Assembly (NCBI GenBank): GCA_019057815.1
Contig: JAHLWR010000018.1
Location: 1 to 64,000, forward strand
DNA: 64,000 bases
DNA from: Candidatus Heimdallarchaeota archaeon
GTDB lineage: Archaea; Asgardarchaeota; Heimdallarchaeia; Heimdallarchaeales; Heimdallarchaeaceae
Direction of reading: 5' to 3'
The notes under the pieces were generated by a model. It was not told the origin of the DNA. It saw only the letters and a program-made list of their open reading frames with translations, and made no database searches. Made by a program: the position numbers and the translations under genes. Positions 10,175-20,989 of this stretch are shown here, piece by piece; the first letter of the stretch is position 1, and each line of letters begins with the position of its first letter.

Positions 10175-10810
10175 GTGAGTTTATTGAGTAGTTCGAAAAA
10201 GGAGATTACGTATCCATCGCCATTATATGAATATCTTGTCAGAAAAGCTAACGCAGCTTTAGGTGAAAAGTTTATTGAAATTTCCTTTCCTATTATCGAA
10301 ATAAAGTTTCTAGGTTTTAAGAAAAAAGGCACATGGAATACAGTTGACTGGCTCTATGAAGAATTAGGCAAAAGATTACTACGAATAACACAGAAATACA
10401 ATATTGAAATAAGTCAATATAGCGGCTTAAAAGATCTAAGAATAGATTATGATATCAAAAGCACCTTTAGGCAGATAATAATAAGCAATTATCATATGTT
10501 GCCGTTGAAATCTTTTGGTAACATGTTAACTATCATTGTTTGGAGCTATGTTGTTTTTGTATTGGGAAAGAAACCAAAAGAGGACGAAACAGCTCAAATG
10601 CTTCTAAAGAAATATACTGATAGTTTAGATCAGTTCAAGACATATTGGAATCGTATGCCAAGAAGAAAAACTCCATTGGATAAAGAACGAATGTGCTATA
10701 TATGTGGAAAACCTGCATACACCTTCAATACATGGATATATCGAAAAAAAGATATAAATGAGGAGTGTCAAACGCCTGTCTGTGAAAGACACAGAGACTC
10801 ATTAGTCTGA
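10175..10810 (+). CDS. Hypothetical protein with C-terminal CxxC...CxxH zinc-binding motif
   Basis: CYICGKPA...PVCERH at the C-terminus. Confidence 0.7.
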   Translation: MSLLSSSKKEITYPSPLYEYLVRKANAALGEKFIEISFPIIEIKFLGFKKKGTWNTVDWLYEELGKRLLRITQKYNIEISQYSGLKDLRIDYDIKSTFRQIIISNYHMLPLKSFGNMLTIIVWSYVVFVLGKKPKEDETAQMLLKKYTDSLDQFKTYWNRMPRRKTPLDKERMCYICGKPAYTFNTWIYRKKDINEECQTPVCERHRDSLV

Positions 10811-10855
10811 AAAAGTCTAGAAGGTTTTTTATTCGTTAAAAAATCTCTTGTTATA

Positions 10856-11236
10856 ATGTCCACAGAGTTAAGTCCAGACCAAAAAAAGAATTTGCTAAAA
10901 ATTTTACGAGATATCTCTAAAGAATGTGATTTAGAAGCCGTAGCTGTTGTGAGTGAGGAAGGACAACAAATAGCTTTTTTCGCTTCTAAAGAGACAGATT
11001 CTATAGTGATGTCGGCTCTTGCATCAGCGCTAAACGCTACTGGAGAGCAGGCTATTAAACAAGTAAAATTTGGAAAATTAGATCAAGTGATAATAAAAGG
11101 ATCTGAAGGTTTTCTGCTTTTGCAGAGTGTTGATAGATTTATTCTTTTTGCTGCTTCTAAAGAAATATACTCTTTAGCACTGGCTATGAACGTCTTAGGT
11201 AGATATTCTAAGACAATTTATCAAACACTTGTGTAA
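10856..11236 (+). CDS. Roadblock/LC7 (MglB/LAMTOR2-like) domain protein
   Basis: 126 aa; AVAVVSEEGQ, MSALASAL, GKLDQVIIKGSEGFLLL pattern. Confidence 0.88.
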   Translation: MSTELSPDQKKNLLKILRDISKECDLEAVAVVSEEGQQIAFFASKETDSIVMSALASALNATGEQAIKQVKFGKLDQVIIKGSEGFLLLQSVDRFILFAASKEIYSLALAMNVLGRYSKTIYQTLV

Positions 11237-14085
11237 GACTTTTCATCTAATATTATTTGTTCTTTAGAATCTTCTTCTTTTTTCTTATCGTTCTTCTTTC
11301 TGAAACTAATAAAATAGACAATGCAAGTTATTAATGAAGCTTCAACTATTATTGGTCCCCATGATACTTTCACTATCAATTGAATTGTCCATGATTCACG
11401 TCCATACGGAGATCTGATAGAAAAAACATATTCTCCACCAGTTAGCTCAACTTCAGCTGGTACAACAGAAATAATATATGTTCCATTACCATAATCATTA
11501 TGGGTTGTATATCTGACAACTACTTCGTCACCTTTTTCAAAGGTTGCATAAAATTCCCATGCACTCAAGGGCTTGTAATCGTTAAAAACATTGATTTTTA
11601 CAGTTATTTCATCTTTTGTATAATATTCCTCGTTCACACCTTCGTATGTGAAATTTATGTTCGTTATAGTAGATCGATATATAAGATTATCAAGAAACAT
11701 ATTATTGTGGGCATAATTTAACGACATTACTCTACTATCATAGTCAGATAGGTATGAAGAATAAGCATAAGGAGAGTTAAGAAACATTTCAATATTGTTC
11801 GCAGCTATTACCAATGAACCATTAGAAGGTTGAGCGCTTGAAATAGCAAATCTATTTTCTACTGTTTGTGCTGTTCCTTCCAAATCAATTACATCAAAAG
11901 GTTCTGGGATATAGATTTGGTATATCAAATTAGGTATATTGGTTAGTATTGTATATGAATACGGGCTTATAGAAAGCAACTGACTTGAAACATTTGCATC
12001 TTGATATTCTAATCCAACAGGTTGTAAAATATCATTTATGGCATTTAAATTGCTCCCTTCTGTTGGAAGCACTAATAACCCACCACCACTATATGCACCG
12101 TCGGGAGTAATATAATCTTTCAATACAGCAATATCTTCGCTAGTATAAGTATGATATGAAGTATTCTTGAAATTTATTAGAGCAATCATTTCAAAATCAT
12201 TTAAATTCATGTTTCTGAATGATTGGTGATTAATATCCCGTGTGTTTAAAACTGGAATGAAACCTCTGCTTTGAGTGTAAGCGAGAATATCATATATTGA
12301 GCCATATGGTGTTATTATAAAATTATCAGCTTCTTCTACAAAATCGAATAACATCCTCCCAGAGCCTTTAACAACTTCAAAATTAACTGCTAAAGTATAT
12401 ACTACCTTATCTATAGTAATAAAGATTAAATCATTATACACAGAACTATAGCAATCTTCTGTAGAAAAGTGTAATTCAATATCGTATTGTTTTTCGTTTA
12501 GGTTGAGAGGAACATTGCTTAGGGACACTATTTTAGATAATCTAGAACCCATATCAATTTCAAAATCTTCTGAATTTCCATAACTGATTATATGAAATAT
12601 TAAAGTGTGCTGTGTATTTATGTAAAGATACTGTTTGATCAATGGAACTTCAAAAGGCCAAATAGTTACAAGCGGAAGATTCGCTAAAAATAGTGATGCT
12701 ATCACACTATTAGGTAAACCTGCTCCTTGATATAAAACCGATGGTTCAATTTCAATATCACCAACAGGAGAATTAACTTCTATATTTTGTTTGGTAGATG
12801 ATTCTATTAAGGAACCTTTTATCGTTGATGCTTTTTTTTCTGGGAATTCCTGTTTTAATAATGAACATAATCCAGATACTACAGCTGTCGCATAACTTGT
12901 TCCTGAGACTATTTTTGAAGAACCAACTGTTGTTGAAGTTGTGTTAATCATAACTCCGGGAGCTACAAGATCAGGTTTTAACCAGGTTTTATCATATGTT
13001 GCAGAATCATATAAATATTGCAGTGTGCTTTTATTCAAGTTTACCGCAACAGGACCAGCACTGCTATGTTCGAATAAAATACCATTTCCATCGACAGCGC
13101 CTACAGTAATTCCTTGAGTTGCTATTCCAGGGCTTAAAACAGTAAATAAGTCATTATATCCAAATTCTTCAATATCTCGAGCATTTCCAGCTGCTACACA
13201 AACAATTACTCCAGAATCTACAGCTGTATTAACTGCTTCAACTTCTGGTGCTTCCAAACTTGATACATAGCGGCCAACTGATAAATTTATAATATCAGCA
13301 TCATTTTCAATAGCCCAATCTATTGCTTCTATCATATCTTCAACAGTGCCTGTTCCATAGGAATCAATGATTTTACCTATTAGAAAAAGAGAATTGGGGG
13401 CAACACCGCGCATATAACCATAGTGTCCATTACTTCCAATAATCCCACCAATGTATGTCCCATGACCATAATCATCATCAACATCTAAAGAATTTTCTAA
13501 GAAGTTCCAAGAATCGATAATCCTACTTTCTCCGTCCATTGTGTGTGATAAAGATGGATGATCAAGCTTTAAACCACTGTCAAGAATGGCGATTTTTATA
13601 TCATCACCATAATAATCTTTATTCCACATATATTGAGCATTAATTTGATCTGTGAAATTGCATACAGTTCGACTAGTGTCTATTTTCCCAGAAACATAAT
13701 TATCATCAAGAGCATAAATTTCAGAATTCTTCCAAATAGAAGCGATTTTTTGCTCTTCAACTAATCTAACTATATCATATTTAGATAGTGTAACTGCTAT
13801 ACCACTGTAGGATAAAAACGTCTGAACGTTTTTCCCAATATGCACTAAATCTCTAATAGTGTATAATGAAGATAGTTCTACAAAAATCCTAAATTCCTCG
13901 ATAATACTTGCACTTTCAATTTCGTTTAAGAAAGATTCTTCCTTTATCACTTGCTCAAATTCTAAGATTTCATTCTTTTCCGAATGGATTGTATTTGTAT
14001 ATGCAAATGAACCATATGAGAAGAAACAACAACCTATAAGCACTAAACAATATAAGATTTTTAAAGAACGTTTAATTGAATACAC
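11221..14085 (-). CDS. Membrane-anchored S8 subtilisin-like serine protease, Site-1-protease-like architecture
   Basis: Signal peptide; triad ILDSG / HGTYIGG / GTSYAT; oxyanion AAGN; KPDLVAPG; C-terminal TM helix then basic tail. Confidence 0.9.
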   Translation of the reverse strand: MYSIKRSLKILYCLVLIGCCFFSYGSFAYTNTIHSEKNEILEFEQVIKEESFLNEIESASIIEEFRIFVELSSLYTIRDLVHIGKNVQTFLSYSGIAVTLSKYDIVRLVEEQKIASIWKNSEIYALDDNYVSGKIDTSRTVCNFTDQINAQYMWNKDYYGDDIKIAILDSGLKLDHPSLSHTMDGESRIIDSWNFLENSLDVDDDYGHGTYIGGIIGSNGHYGYMRGVAPNSLFLIGKIIDSYGTGTVEDMIEAIDWAIENDADIINLSVGRYVSSLEAPEVEAVNTAVDSGVIVCVAAGNARDIEEFGYNDLFTVLSPGIATQGITVGAVDGNGILFEHSSAGPVAVNLNKSTLQYLYDSATYDKTWLKPDLVAPGVMINTTSTTVGSSKIVSGTSYATAVVSGLCSLLKQEFPEKKASTIKGSLIESSTKQNIEVNSPVGDIEIEPSVLYQGAGLPNSVIASLFLANLPLVTIWPFEVPLIKQYLYINTQHTLIFHIISYGNSEDFEIDMGSRLSKIVSLSNVPLNLNEKQYDIELHFSTEDCYSSVYNDLIFITIDKVVYTLAVNFEVVKGSGRMLFDFVEEADNFIITPYGSIYDILAYTQSRGFIPVLNTRDINHQSFRNMNLNDFEMIALINFKNTSYHTYTSEDIAVLKDYITPDGAYSGGGLLVLPTEGSNLNAINDILQPVGLEYQDANVSSQLLSISPYSYTILTNIPNLIYQIYIPEPFDVIDLEGTAQTVENRFAISSAQPSNGSLVIAANNIEMFLNSPYAYSSYLSDYDSRVMSLNYAHNNMFLDNLIYRSTITNINFTYEGVNEEYYTKDEITVKINVFNDYKPLSAWEFYATFEKGDEVVVRYTTHNDYGNGTYIISVVPAEVELTGGEYVFSIRSPYGRESWTIQLIVKVSWGPIIVEASLITCIVYFISFRKKNDKKKEEDSKEQIILDEKSYTSV

Positions 14086-14141
14086 GAAAATAATGTTCTA
14101 ACAATGATATAAAAATTTAGGGGGAGAAACCACATAAGACA

Positions 14142-15014
14142 TTAAGATTTTTCCTCGCCCACTATGTCCAAAAGGGAGTTAATTATCACATCGGGAGACA
14201 ATCCTGAAGGCATTTTCACTAATTCATCTAATGAAGAGGTTCCTGAATTCACGAAACAAGCAAGAATCCCGAAATTCTTAGCACCTACAATATCAGTTTC
14301 CAATCTGTCACCAAACATCATCACTTTTTCCTTAGGGCACTTTGCCATGTCTACAGCAATCTCATACATCAAGGGTTGGGGTTTACCTACAATCTTTTCC
14401 ACCTTTTTCCCAGACAATTTCTCAAGGATATCAATCATAGCACCCCCACCAGGAATAAGCCCGTTTTTTGTAGGGAAAGTTATGTCAGCATTGGTTGCAA
14501 TAAATCGAATATCAGAATCAATATTCCCTAAAATATTCATAGCTCTCGTAATCTTAACATAGTTAAGATTTCTATCCATACCTGTTACAACATAATCAAT
14601 ATTTGAAAATGCAAAATCAAAGACATCTTCATCATTTCTTTCAGGATAATTATTAACGATTCTTAAACCAGCATCTTCTAATTCCTTCTTCAATCCCCCT
14701 TCACCAATAACATATACAGAAGCATTAGGAGATTCGTCTGAAATAAATTTTGCAGTTAAAAATGCTGATGTAAGAATTCGTTTTTCTTCCAATTCAACCC
14801 CCATTGTGCTTAATTTTTCTTGAAATTCAACTCTTGTTTTTGTGCTATTATTTGTCAACAAGAAGACTTCCTTTTGCTGTTCTTGTAGTATTGTAAGAAC
14901 TTCTAAAGCTCCAGGCAAAGGTTCGTTTTCTTTATAGAGAACACCATCACCATCGAATAGCCAAGCATCTATTTCATTAAATGCACATTCTATCCTAGAA
15001 TTCATTCTTGACAA
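14142..15014 (-). CDS. HAD-IIA hydrolase (NagD/phosphoglycolate-phosphatase-like)
   Basis: FDGDGVL, LTNNST, GKPQP, GDRLETDI. Confidence 0.92.
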   Translation of the reverse strand: MSRMNSRIECAFNEIDAWLFDGDGVLYKENEPLPGALEVLTILQEQQKEVFLLTNNSTKTRVEFQEKLSTMGVELEEKRILTSAFLTAKFISDESPNASVYVIGEGGLKKELEDAGLRIVNNYPERNDEDVFDFAFSNIDYVVTGMDRNLNYVKITRAMNILGNIDSDIRFIATNADITFPTKNGLIPGGGAMIDILEKLSGKKVEKIVGKPQPLMYEIAVDMAKCPKEKVMMFGDRLETDIVGAKNFGILACFVNSGTSSLDELVKMPSGLSPDVIINSLLDIVGEEKS

Positions 15015-15193
15015 TTATTAATTATATATTGATAAATTCTCTGAATAAGACAAATAAGATGTATTTGAAAAGAAACAGAGTTCATTAATATTGCTAAACT
15101 TTAGAATGAAATTCATAGTAATTGACTCATATTCAAAAAAATTTAGTGTAAAATTGGAGAAAGATTTTTACATAGCTATATGATATTTAGTTT

Positions 15194-16645
15194 ATGTCAT
15201 ATGTGGAAAAGGCGCTGTATCGTTACATTAAAACAATTTTTACATCAGGTCTTCGCGTATTATTTAGCAAGAAATATATCTTGTACACCATAGCATTTAT
15301 TCTTATAACAATTAACTCAACTGTATTCTACTTAATTCAAAAAGGCATTCATGATCACGCGATCAAAGATACTTTAGGGAAAGTAGTAGATATTTTGATA
15401 GCTATAGAATTGTCTGCTGCAATTTCTTATCTAATTTTTGGAATGTTCTTTTCCCGATATGCATTAAAATATTGGATTATTCCACTAATATTAACAATAG
15501 GTGGAGGAGCAGTTTTAATTCACTTCATTCCCGATATTTCTCCTTTTGTAGCAGCATTATGTTACATTGGCTGGATTATTGTTTCTGTGTTTCTTACATT
15601 TGCCCTATCCCGTAATTTCTTTGGTAATAAGGTTCTGGGCAGTGTAATGTTTTTAGGGAAATCAGCTGAAGAAGGATCTATTCTCTTTAGTGGAGTTGTT
15701 TTTGTTCTCAGTTTGGTTAATACTGGATGTGCTGGATACTTAATCTATTCTGCAGTAGTTAACACTATACAAATTTCACTTATAATAGTTGCACTAACAG
15801 TAATAATTGCAGTTGCAATCATAAATTTTGTTATTTTCAAGCTAGGAAAGAAAGATGATGTTTTCTATACAATCTTAGCATTTTTCTATGTTTTTTCTTC
15901 ATTCACTCTATGGAAATTAACAATCTATACATACCGTGGAGATGCAGCTAGCGATAATGTTGGAAGCATGTTGATAACACTCTTCTTTATTTTTTATACT
16001 ATGTCCAATTATGGTAAGAAGGTTAAGAAAATAGAAAAACAAGTAGCAGAAGAATTTGAAGAAAGTGTTATAGAAGGTACTGTCAAGAAGAAAAAAAGGG
16101 AGGAAGAAGAGGAAGAAGCATTAGAAAAATGGTCCTTACTTAAAATCCCATTTAAATTAGGACCTCTAGGAGTTCTGATGAGTATAATGGGTTTAGTTCT
16201 AGGTTATCACGTAACTTATTTACAATTTCTATCAGAAGAAGATCTTTTTAGCGGAATCTTCTTTATGAATAAAACAGAACTCGCAGGTTTGAAAGATAAA
16301 TTTGCTTTAATACTTATAGCATTTTTGATAATTTACTTCCTTTTAAGCTATCGATGGTCTGAAGGTTTTAGAGAATATTCTTCTCCAGAGCTTTATAGAT
16401 TTGAGTTTTTACCACCTTTTGAGGAATTAGTTGAACGAATTGAACGAATCAAGAGCGGAGAAGAATCTTGGAAAGATTATGCAAAGATGGCAATAAAAGA
16501 AGGAACAAAAATAGGAGTTAAATCTGCTGCTAGAAAAGCTTTTGTTTCTCCAACAAAAAGGGTAACTGGTGCTATAACTGGGGCCTATTCCTCAACAAAA
16601 AAGAATATTACGCGAGTCTTTAGCTGGAAAAAGAAAGATGATTAG
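15194..16645 (+). CDS. Multi-pass membrane protein of unknown function
   Basis: About 10-11 hydrophobic segments, a charged internal loop and a basic C-terminal tail. Confidence 0.8.
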   Translation: MSYVEKALYRYIKTIFTSGLRVLFSKKYILYTIAFILITINSTVFYLIQKGIHDHAIKDTLGKVVDILIAIELSAAISYLIFGMFFSRYALKYWIIPLILTIGGGAVLIHFIPDISPFVAALCYIGWIIVSVFLTFALSRNFFGNKVLGSVMFLGKSAEEGSILFSGVVFVLSLVNTGCAGYLIYSAVVNTIQISLIIVALTVIIAVAIINFVIFKLGKKDDVFYTILAFFYVFSSFTLWKLTIYTYRGDAASDNVGSMLITLFFIFYTMSNYGKKVKKIEKQVAEEFEESVIEGTVKKKKREEEEEEALEKWSLLKIPFKLGPLGVLMSIMGLVLGYHVTYLQFLSEEDLFSGIFFMNKTELAGLKDKFALILIAFLIIYFLLSYRWSEGFREYSSPELYRFEFLPPFEELVERIERIKSGEESWKDYAKMAIKEGTKIGVKSAARKAFVSPTKRVTGAITGAYSSTKKNITRVFSWKKKDD

Positions 16646-16662
16646 AAAGAGGAAGGACAAGA

Positions 16663-18792
16663 CTAAGATGTTTCCTCAATCAATGTTAACTTAGAAAGGT
16701 AAGCAATAAACTCTTTCTTTACATTATTCCTCTTACCTTCATAGAATTTGAAGGATCCAACTACTTCATGTCCTCCACCCTGAATTCCTGCTTCAGGAAT
16801 CTTCTTCTGTAAATATTGTATTGCTTCAGGGATGTTGATTTTAACACCTTTTGATCTCAGTATCAGAAAATCAGGTCCTTCTCCGAATGTGATTATTGCT
16901 TTTCCTTCATTTTTATTGCAGAAATGGTCAAATACTTGCCCAGTTATTTTTCCTGGATTGGGGAATGTAAAGCGATGAGTATAAAGTTCAACATCAACTG
17001 ATACTAACATCAACCCATTCTCCAATTCTTTTGAGCGTGAATGAAGTAATATATTATCTACTGAAGTTTTCATCAGTTTAGTGGCTTCATCACTAAGTAA
17101 ATCAGACATCTTTTGATGCCAGTTTTTATCCACATCCACACCTAAAAGAATATGAATCAGCTGATTTCCTTCTGAAAAACGTAATTGAAAGAGTTCAAAA
17201 TCTACAGCTAATCCTATCTTTTTTAATTGATTAATTTTATACCCTTTTTCCTTTGCTAACTCTATGTAATCTTTAATCTCATCTCCTTCAACCCTATCCA
17301 TTAAACCAGCTATAGCAGGTAAGTGCTTGAGAGTTTCAGTTACAGTAGGGTTAATTAGTCTCGCTAATTCGTAACCTAACATTCCCCCTGAAAGCTCGTA
17401 TCCTCCTCCTGCAAAATAGGGGTTTACGTGAATATCAACTATTTCTTGGATTTTTTTATCGGGAAAATGATGATCTATAACGATGATTTCTTGGTCTAGT
17501 GATTTTATTTGTAAATAAGCGAAAAGAGATTCAGTTGAAGAACCGAAATCTAAGCAGATAAACAAAGGTAGCTTATCACCAAAGCGCTTTTGGTCGTTAA
17601 GTGCAAAATCAAGATCCCTAGTTACATCAATCAATTCATAGAACGGTGGTTTGTTAGGTAGCCTTTTGACTCTGATTCTAATTGTATCAGTGTCATATCC
17701 TTCACTTTCCATCAATTTTATTATAGCATATTGAACTGAGAACCCAGCTATAACTCCATCAGCATCAGCGTGGTGTCGAACATAGATTGGTTGTCCCGTA
17801 AAGAGTGCTTTTCTGATTTTTTTCGCTGCTTTTTCCAATTCAGGTTTAAGCTTTTTTAGTAATGGACTTTTAATTAAGAAGTCAATTTTCTCTGGTTGAG
17901 ATTTTTTATCTATTGCTTTCTCAATTTTATTTAGAAAATCTTGTGTTTCTTTAATATCTAACTCTTCTAGATCCTTGATTTCGATTTGTATTGAATCTTT
18001 AAATGTTGTAATATCTCCAAATACTTGAACAATCATCTCTTCTTTTATTTCAGGAAAAGCTCTTACTCCAGCTTTTGTGAATGCTGCACCATTTATAGAC
18101 CCACTAGTGTCAACAAATGTAAAACGTGTAGGTCCTGAAGTTTGCATGATTGAAACAATTTTTGCTTTAAACGATATGAATGAACCCTCTCTCTCTGGAG
18201 CAATATCTAGAATTTGAAAGTCTCTAACTTTACCCCTTAAAGATTCAACAGCATAATCCTTTAATGATTTAGGGACACCATAAAATTTTCCTTTTTCGCT
18301 AATGGATTGAATTTCTACAATAACTTCTTCTCCGATATCCCACGCATAATCACTAGTTTGATCTTGGGATCGAATCAGAACATTGATTCCTTCAGCTATT
18401 TTTACAAATACACCTATCCTCTTAACACCATCGACTCTTGAAAGGAATAACATTTCTTTTCGTACTAATTGAACATCTATTGGTGGTTTTAACACATAAA
18501 TAAGAGGTTTAGTTAGAGAAGAACATTTTTGGCATAGCCCTGAAGGAGAACCAGTTCTAATAAGTTTTTTACATTGAGAACAGTAAAGTACAGTTTTATT
18601 TCCCTCACAAGTTGGGCATTTTTCATGTGTTAGTACTTTTCCTTTTCCTTTACATGTTTCACAAATATCACCTTCTTTTTTAGGACTTCCTAAAGAAAAT
18701 GAAGTTTTCCCTATACCCAGACAAGTAGGGCATGTCATTTTGTCTTTAACTATTTTACCAGTACCTTTACACGTTGGACATTTAGCTTTCAA
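16663..18792 (-). CDS. Archaeal RecJ-like DHH phosphoesterase with DnaJ-type Zn finger and S1/OB folds (COG1107 type)
   Basis: Repeated CxxCxGxG, QTSGPTRF OB fold, RHHADADG, LDFGS, IDHH, GGGH. Confidence 0.9.
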   Translation of the reverse strand: MKAKCPTCKGTGKIVKDKMTCPTCLGIGKTSFSLGSPKKEGDICETCKGKGKVLTHEKCPTCEGNKTVLYCSQCKKLIRTGSPSGLCQKCSSLTKPLIYVLKPPIDVQLVRKEMLFLSRVDGVKRIGVFVKIAEGINVLIRSQDQTSDYAWDIGEEVIVEIQSISEKGKFYGVPKSLKDYAVESLRGKVRDFQILDIAPEREGSFISFKAKIVSIMQTSGPTRFTFVDTSGSINGAAFTKAGVRAFPEIKEEMIVQVFGDITTFKDSIQIEIKDLEELDIKETQDFLNKIEKAIDKKSQPEKIDFLIKSPLLKKLKPELEKAAKKIRKALFTGQPIYVRHHADADGVIAGFSVQYAIIKLMESEGYDTDTIRIRVKRLPNKPPFYELIDVTRDLDFALNDQKRFGDKLPLFICLDFGSSTESLFAYLQIKSLDQEIIVIDHHFPDKKIQEIVDIHVNPYFAGGGYELSGGMLGYELARLINPTVTETLKHLPAIAGLMDRVEGDEIKDYIELAKEKGYKINQLKKIGLAVDFELFQLRFSEGNQLIHILLGVDVDKNWHQKMSDLLSDEATKLMKTSVDNILLHSRSKELENGLMLVSVDVELYTHRFTFPNPGKITGQVFDHFCNKNEGKAIITFGEGPDFLILRSKGVKINIPEAIQYLQKKIPEAGIQGGGHEVVGSFKFYEGKRNNVKKEFIAYLSKLTLIEETS

Positions 18793-18859
18793 GATTCAAA
18801 CACCTTTTGAGGAGATATGCTTCTACAAAATATGTAGTAAAAAAAATTGTGGTAATAGA

Positions 18860-19246
18860 TTAGTCTGGAATTAGAGATATTTCGCTGAAATTAAGTAATC
18901 TGGTAAAGATTATATTTACTAATTCAAGTTTTAATTTCGCAGAATCATCGTTAAATCTTTCTGCAGCTATATATATTTTCATTGACATCTCCACATCTCC
19001 AAAAACGTAGTGAATATAAAATGCCAAGTCTTTAGCGTCTGAAACGTTCTCTGATTCTTCGCAAGTACAAACGTGTTGTTGGATAATCTCTTGATCTATT
19101 TTCTCTATACAACTGTATAGGTCTTCTAAATTTGAAGATGAACAAATAACTTCTTTAGTTTCTGGGTGGACAAATTTAAATCTTGCATTTGTCCCTGTTT
19201 CATTTTGAGCCATTTTTGACAATATTTTTAGAGATGTAACATCCAA
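18860..19246 (-). CDS. DUF5752-like hypothetical protein
   Basis: RFKF...SSNLEDLYSCIEKIDQEIIQQH...DLAFYIHYVFGD pattern recalls DUF5752. Confidence 0.55.
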   Translation of the reverse strand: MDVTSLKILSKMAQNETGTNARFKFVHPETKEVICSSSNLEDLYSCIEKIDQEIIQQHVCTCEESENVSDAKDLAFYIHYVFGDVEMSMKIYIAAERFNDDSAKLKLELVNIIFTRLLNFSEISLIPD

Positions 19247-19268
19247 AACTCTTCAAATCCTTCATTTA

Positions 19269-19661
19269 TTACTTTATTAAATTCAGCATTGGGGCTAATT
19301 CTTTAAGTAACTGTTTAATATTATGCTCTAGCAGACCTCTATTTTCGTCTTTATTTGCTATAATCACGACATAGAAATCTTCAGCTATTGGTCTGAGAAA
19401 AATTAAAATCTCCTTTTCCTCAATTGTTACACTCATTAGTGTGTGTTCTTTCATTAACTGCTGAAGCGATTCTTTAGCTAGTGAAAGTACTTTTTCACTT
19501 AACCATTGTATAACAAGACGCTCAAACTTTTGTGAAGATTCAGCCAATATCAGAGCTTCCTTAGCTAAGATAATAGAACAGCCTAATATCCCTTCAGTAT
19601 TTTCTTCAAACTTCTGAAGAACTTCCTCAATTTGCTTCCCAGATACGCTCATGATAATCAC
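19269..19661 (-). CDS. Roadblock/LC7 domain protein
   Basis: IEEVLQKFEENTEGILGCSII...SVTIEE...YVVIIANKDENRGLL roadblock pattern. Confidence 0.8.
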   Translation of the reverse strand: MIIMSVSGKQIEEVLQKFEENTEGILGCSIILAKEALILAESSQKFERLVIQWLSEKVLSLAKESLQQLMKEHTLMSVTIEEKEILIFLRPIAEDFYVVIIANKDENRGLLEHNIKQLLKELAPMLNLIK

Positions 19662-19759
19662 TGTTTACAAAGTATATCGTTTTGCTTTTATAAGTAATAA
19701 AAATAATAGTATATCAATTTTATCATTATCTAATTTTTCCAATTATGATTAATAGTTTC

Positions 19760-20740
19760 CTATTCTAGTTGCTTTCTAACAAAGAACAATATTCTTGAAA
19801 TATGAGGAATCATAGATCTTAATTCATCTTCTGAACTTCCAAATAAAACAGATCTAATTCCATGTTTTTCTGAGATTTTTGGTACAATCCAGATTTTTTC
19901 TCCTTCTACATTATATTCTTTTGGCTCGCTTTCAATCATTTTTCCATTTTTACTCGTAATTATAGGATTATTCAAGATAAATTGAATTAAAGGAAAAACA
20001 TCATCCATATCTCTTCTTCCAAAAGAAAATGAAACGATTTTATCTTCAGTCAATATGACAAAAAGGCTTGTAACTAGACTCTTATACCCTAAGAAGAAGT
20101 TGCTTAAAGTTCGCTTTATTATATCTGTTTTTTTGATTGAAATAATTTCTTCATTCATCAAACCATCAAAATAAAATGTTTCTGTTTTTACATCAGGTAT
20201 TGAAGTAGTTGTTGGTAGTGATACTATAGAAGTTTCATCTTTTTTAACTTGGATTGAATTTTTTTCTTTCTTTTTTCTTATTTCTGCGATTAGTTCTATA
20301 GGGAGAACTGTTTCTACTGACCCTAGAAGCGATTTTATATTTGTAATATCTGTGTCAGTAGCTAACACACTATAACGTATTTTGAGATTTTCTATCAGAA
20401 GTTTTTCTTGTTCCTTTGTCAGCGTTTCTTTTGCTATTAAAACTAGTAGCCTATTATCATGAAGTGGTTGAAAAAGAAATTTACATGAACCAAAATCAAT
20501 TTCGTTTATTACTTCTTCTCCTATTGAAAACGTATAACTACAAAGTGCAGATAGGAAACCCAAAATTAAGTACTCATCAATACTTAGAAAATCTGAGAAT
20601 TTTTCACTATGTAGACTGATGCCTTCCTCTATAATATAAATGGCATAAAGATTTTGATTACATATTGAAAGGTCTGCACTCATTTGATATGATATCTCGT
20701 TATTATTTAAGATTTTTTTCATTACTCTTTTGAAAATCAT
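19760..20740 (-). CDS. Longin-like N-terminal domain plus roadblock-like C-terminal domain protein
   Basis: LYAIYIIEEGISLHS...LILGFLSALCSYTFSIGEEVINEIDFGSCKFLF is typical of Asgard longin-like domains. Confidence 0.6.
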   Translation of the reverse strand: MIFKRVMKKILNNNEISYQMSADLSICNQNLYAIYIIEEGISLHSEKFSDFLSIDEYLILGFLSALCSYTFSIGEEVINEIDFGSCKFLFQPLHDNRLLVLIAKETLTKEQEKLLIENLKIRYSVLATDTDITNIKSLLGSVETVLPIELIAEIRKKKEKNSIQVKKDETSIVSLPTTTSIPDVKTETFYFDGLMNEEIISIKKTDIIKRTLSNFFLGYKSLVTSLFVILTEDKIVSFSFGRRDMDDVFPLIQFILNNPIITSKNGKMIESEPKEYNVEGEKIWIVPKISEKHGIRSVLFGSSEDELRSMIPHISRILFFVRKQLE

Positions 20741-20754
20741 GCTTAAAAAATATT

Positions 20755-20793
20755 TTTTCCACTTTAATTTTCCACTTTAATTTTCCACTTTAA
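20755..20793. repeat. Three perfect tandem copies of TTTTCCACTTTAA (13 bp) in a divergent promoter region
   Basis: Copies at 20755, 20768 and 20781. Confidence 0.9.
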
Positions 20794-20989
20794 TAATGTT
20801 ATTTAGATACCTTTTATTAACAATACAGAGTCTTTAAGAATAGAAGAAGAAAATATAAAATATCAAATATGTCTACCAAAAGCGTTGAATGCGAGATATA
20901 GTAATTTGATAGACTAAGAAAACTTAATAAGAAATAAAATTAAATACAGATAGAGATTCTCAAAGCATCCTCAAACAAGTGGTAACTTT

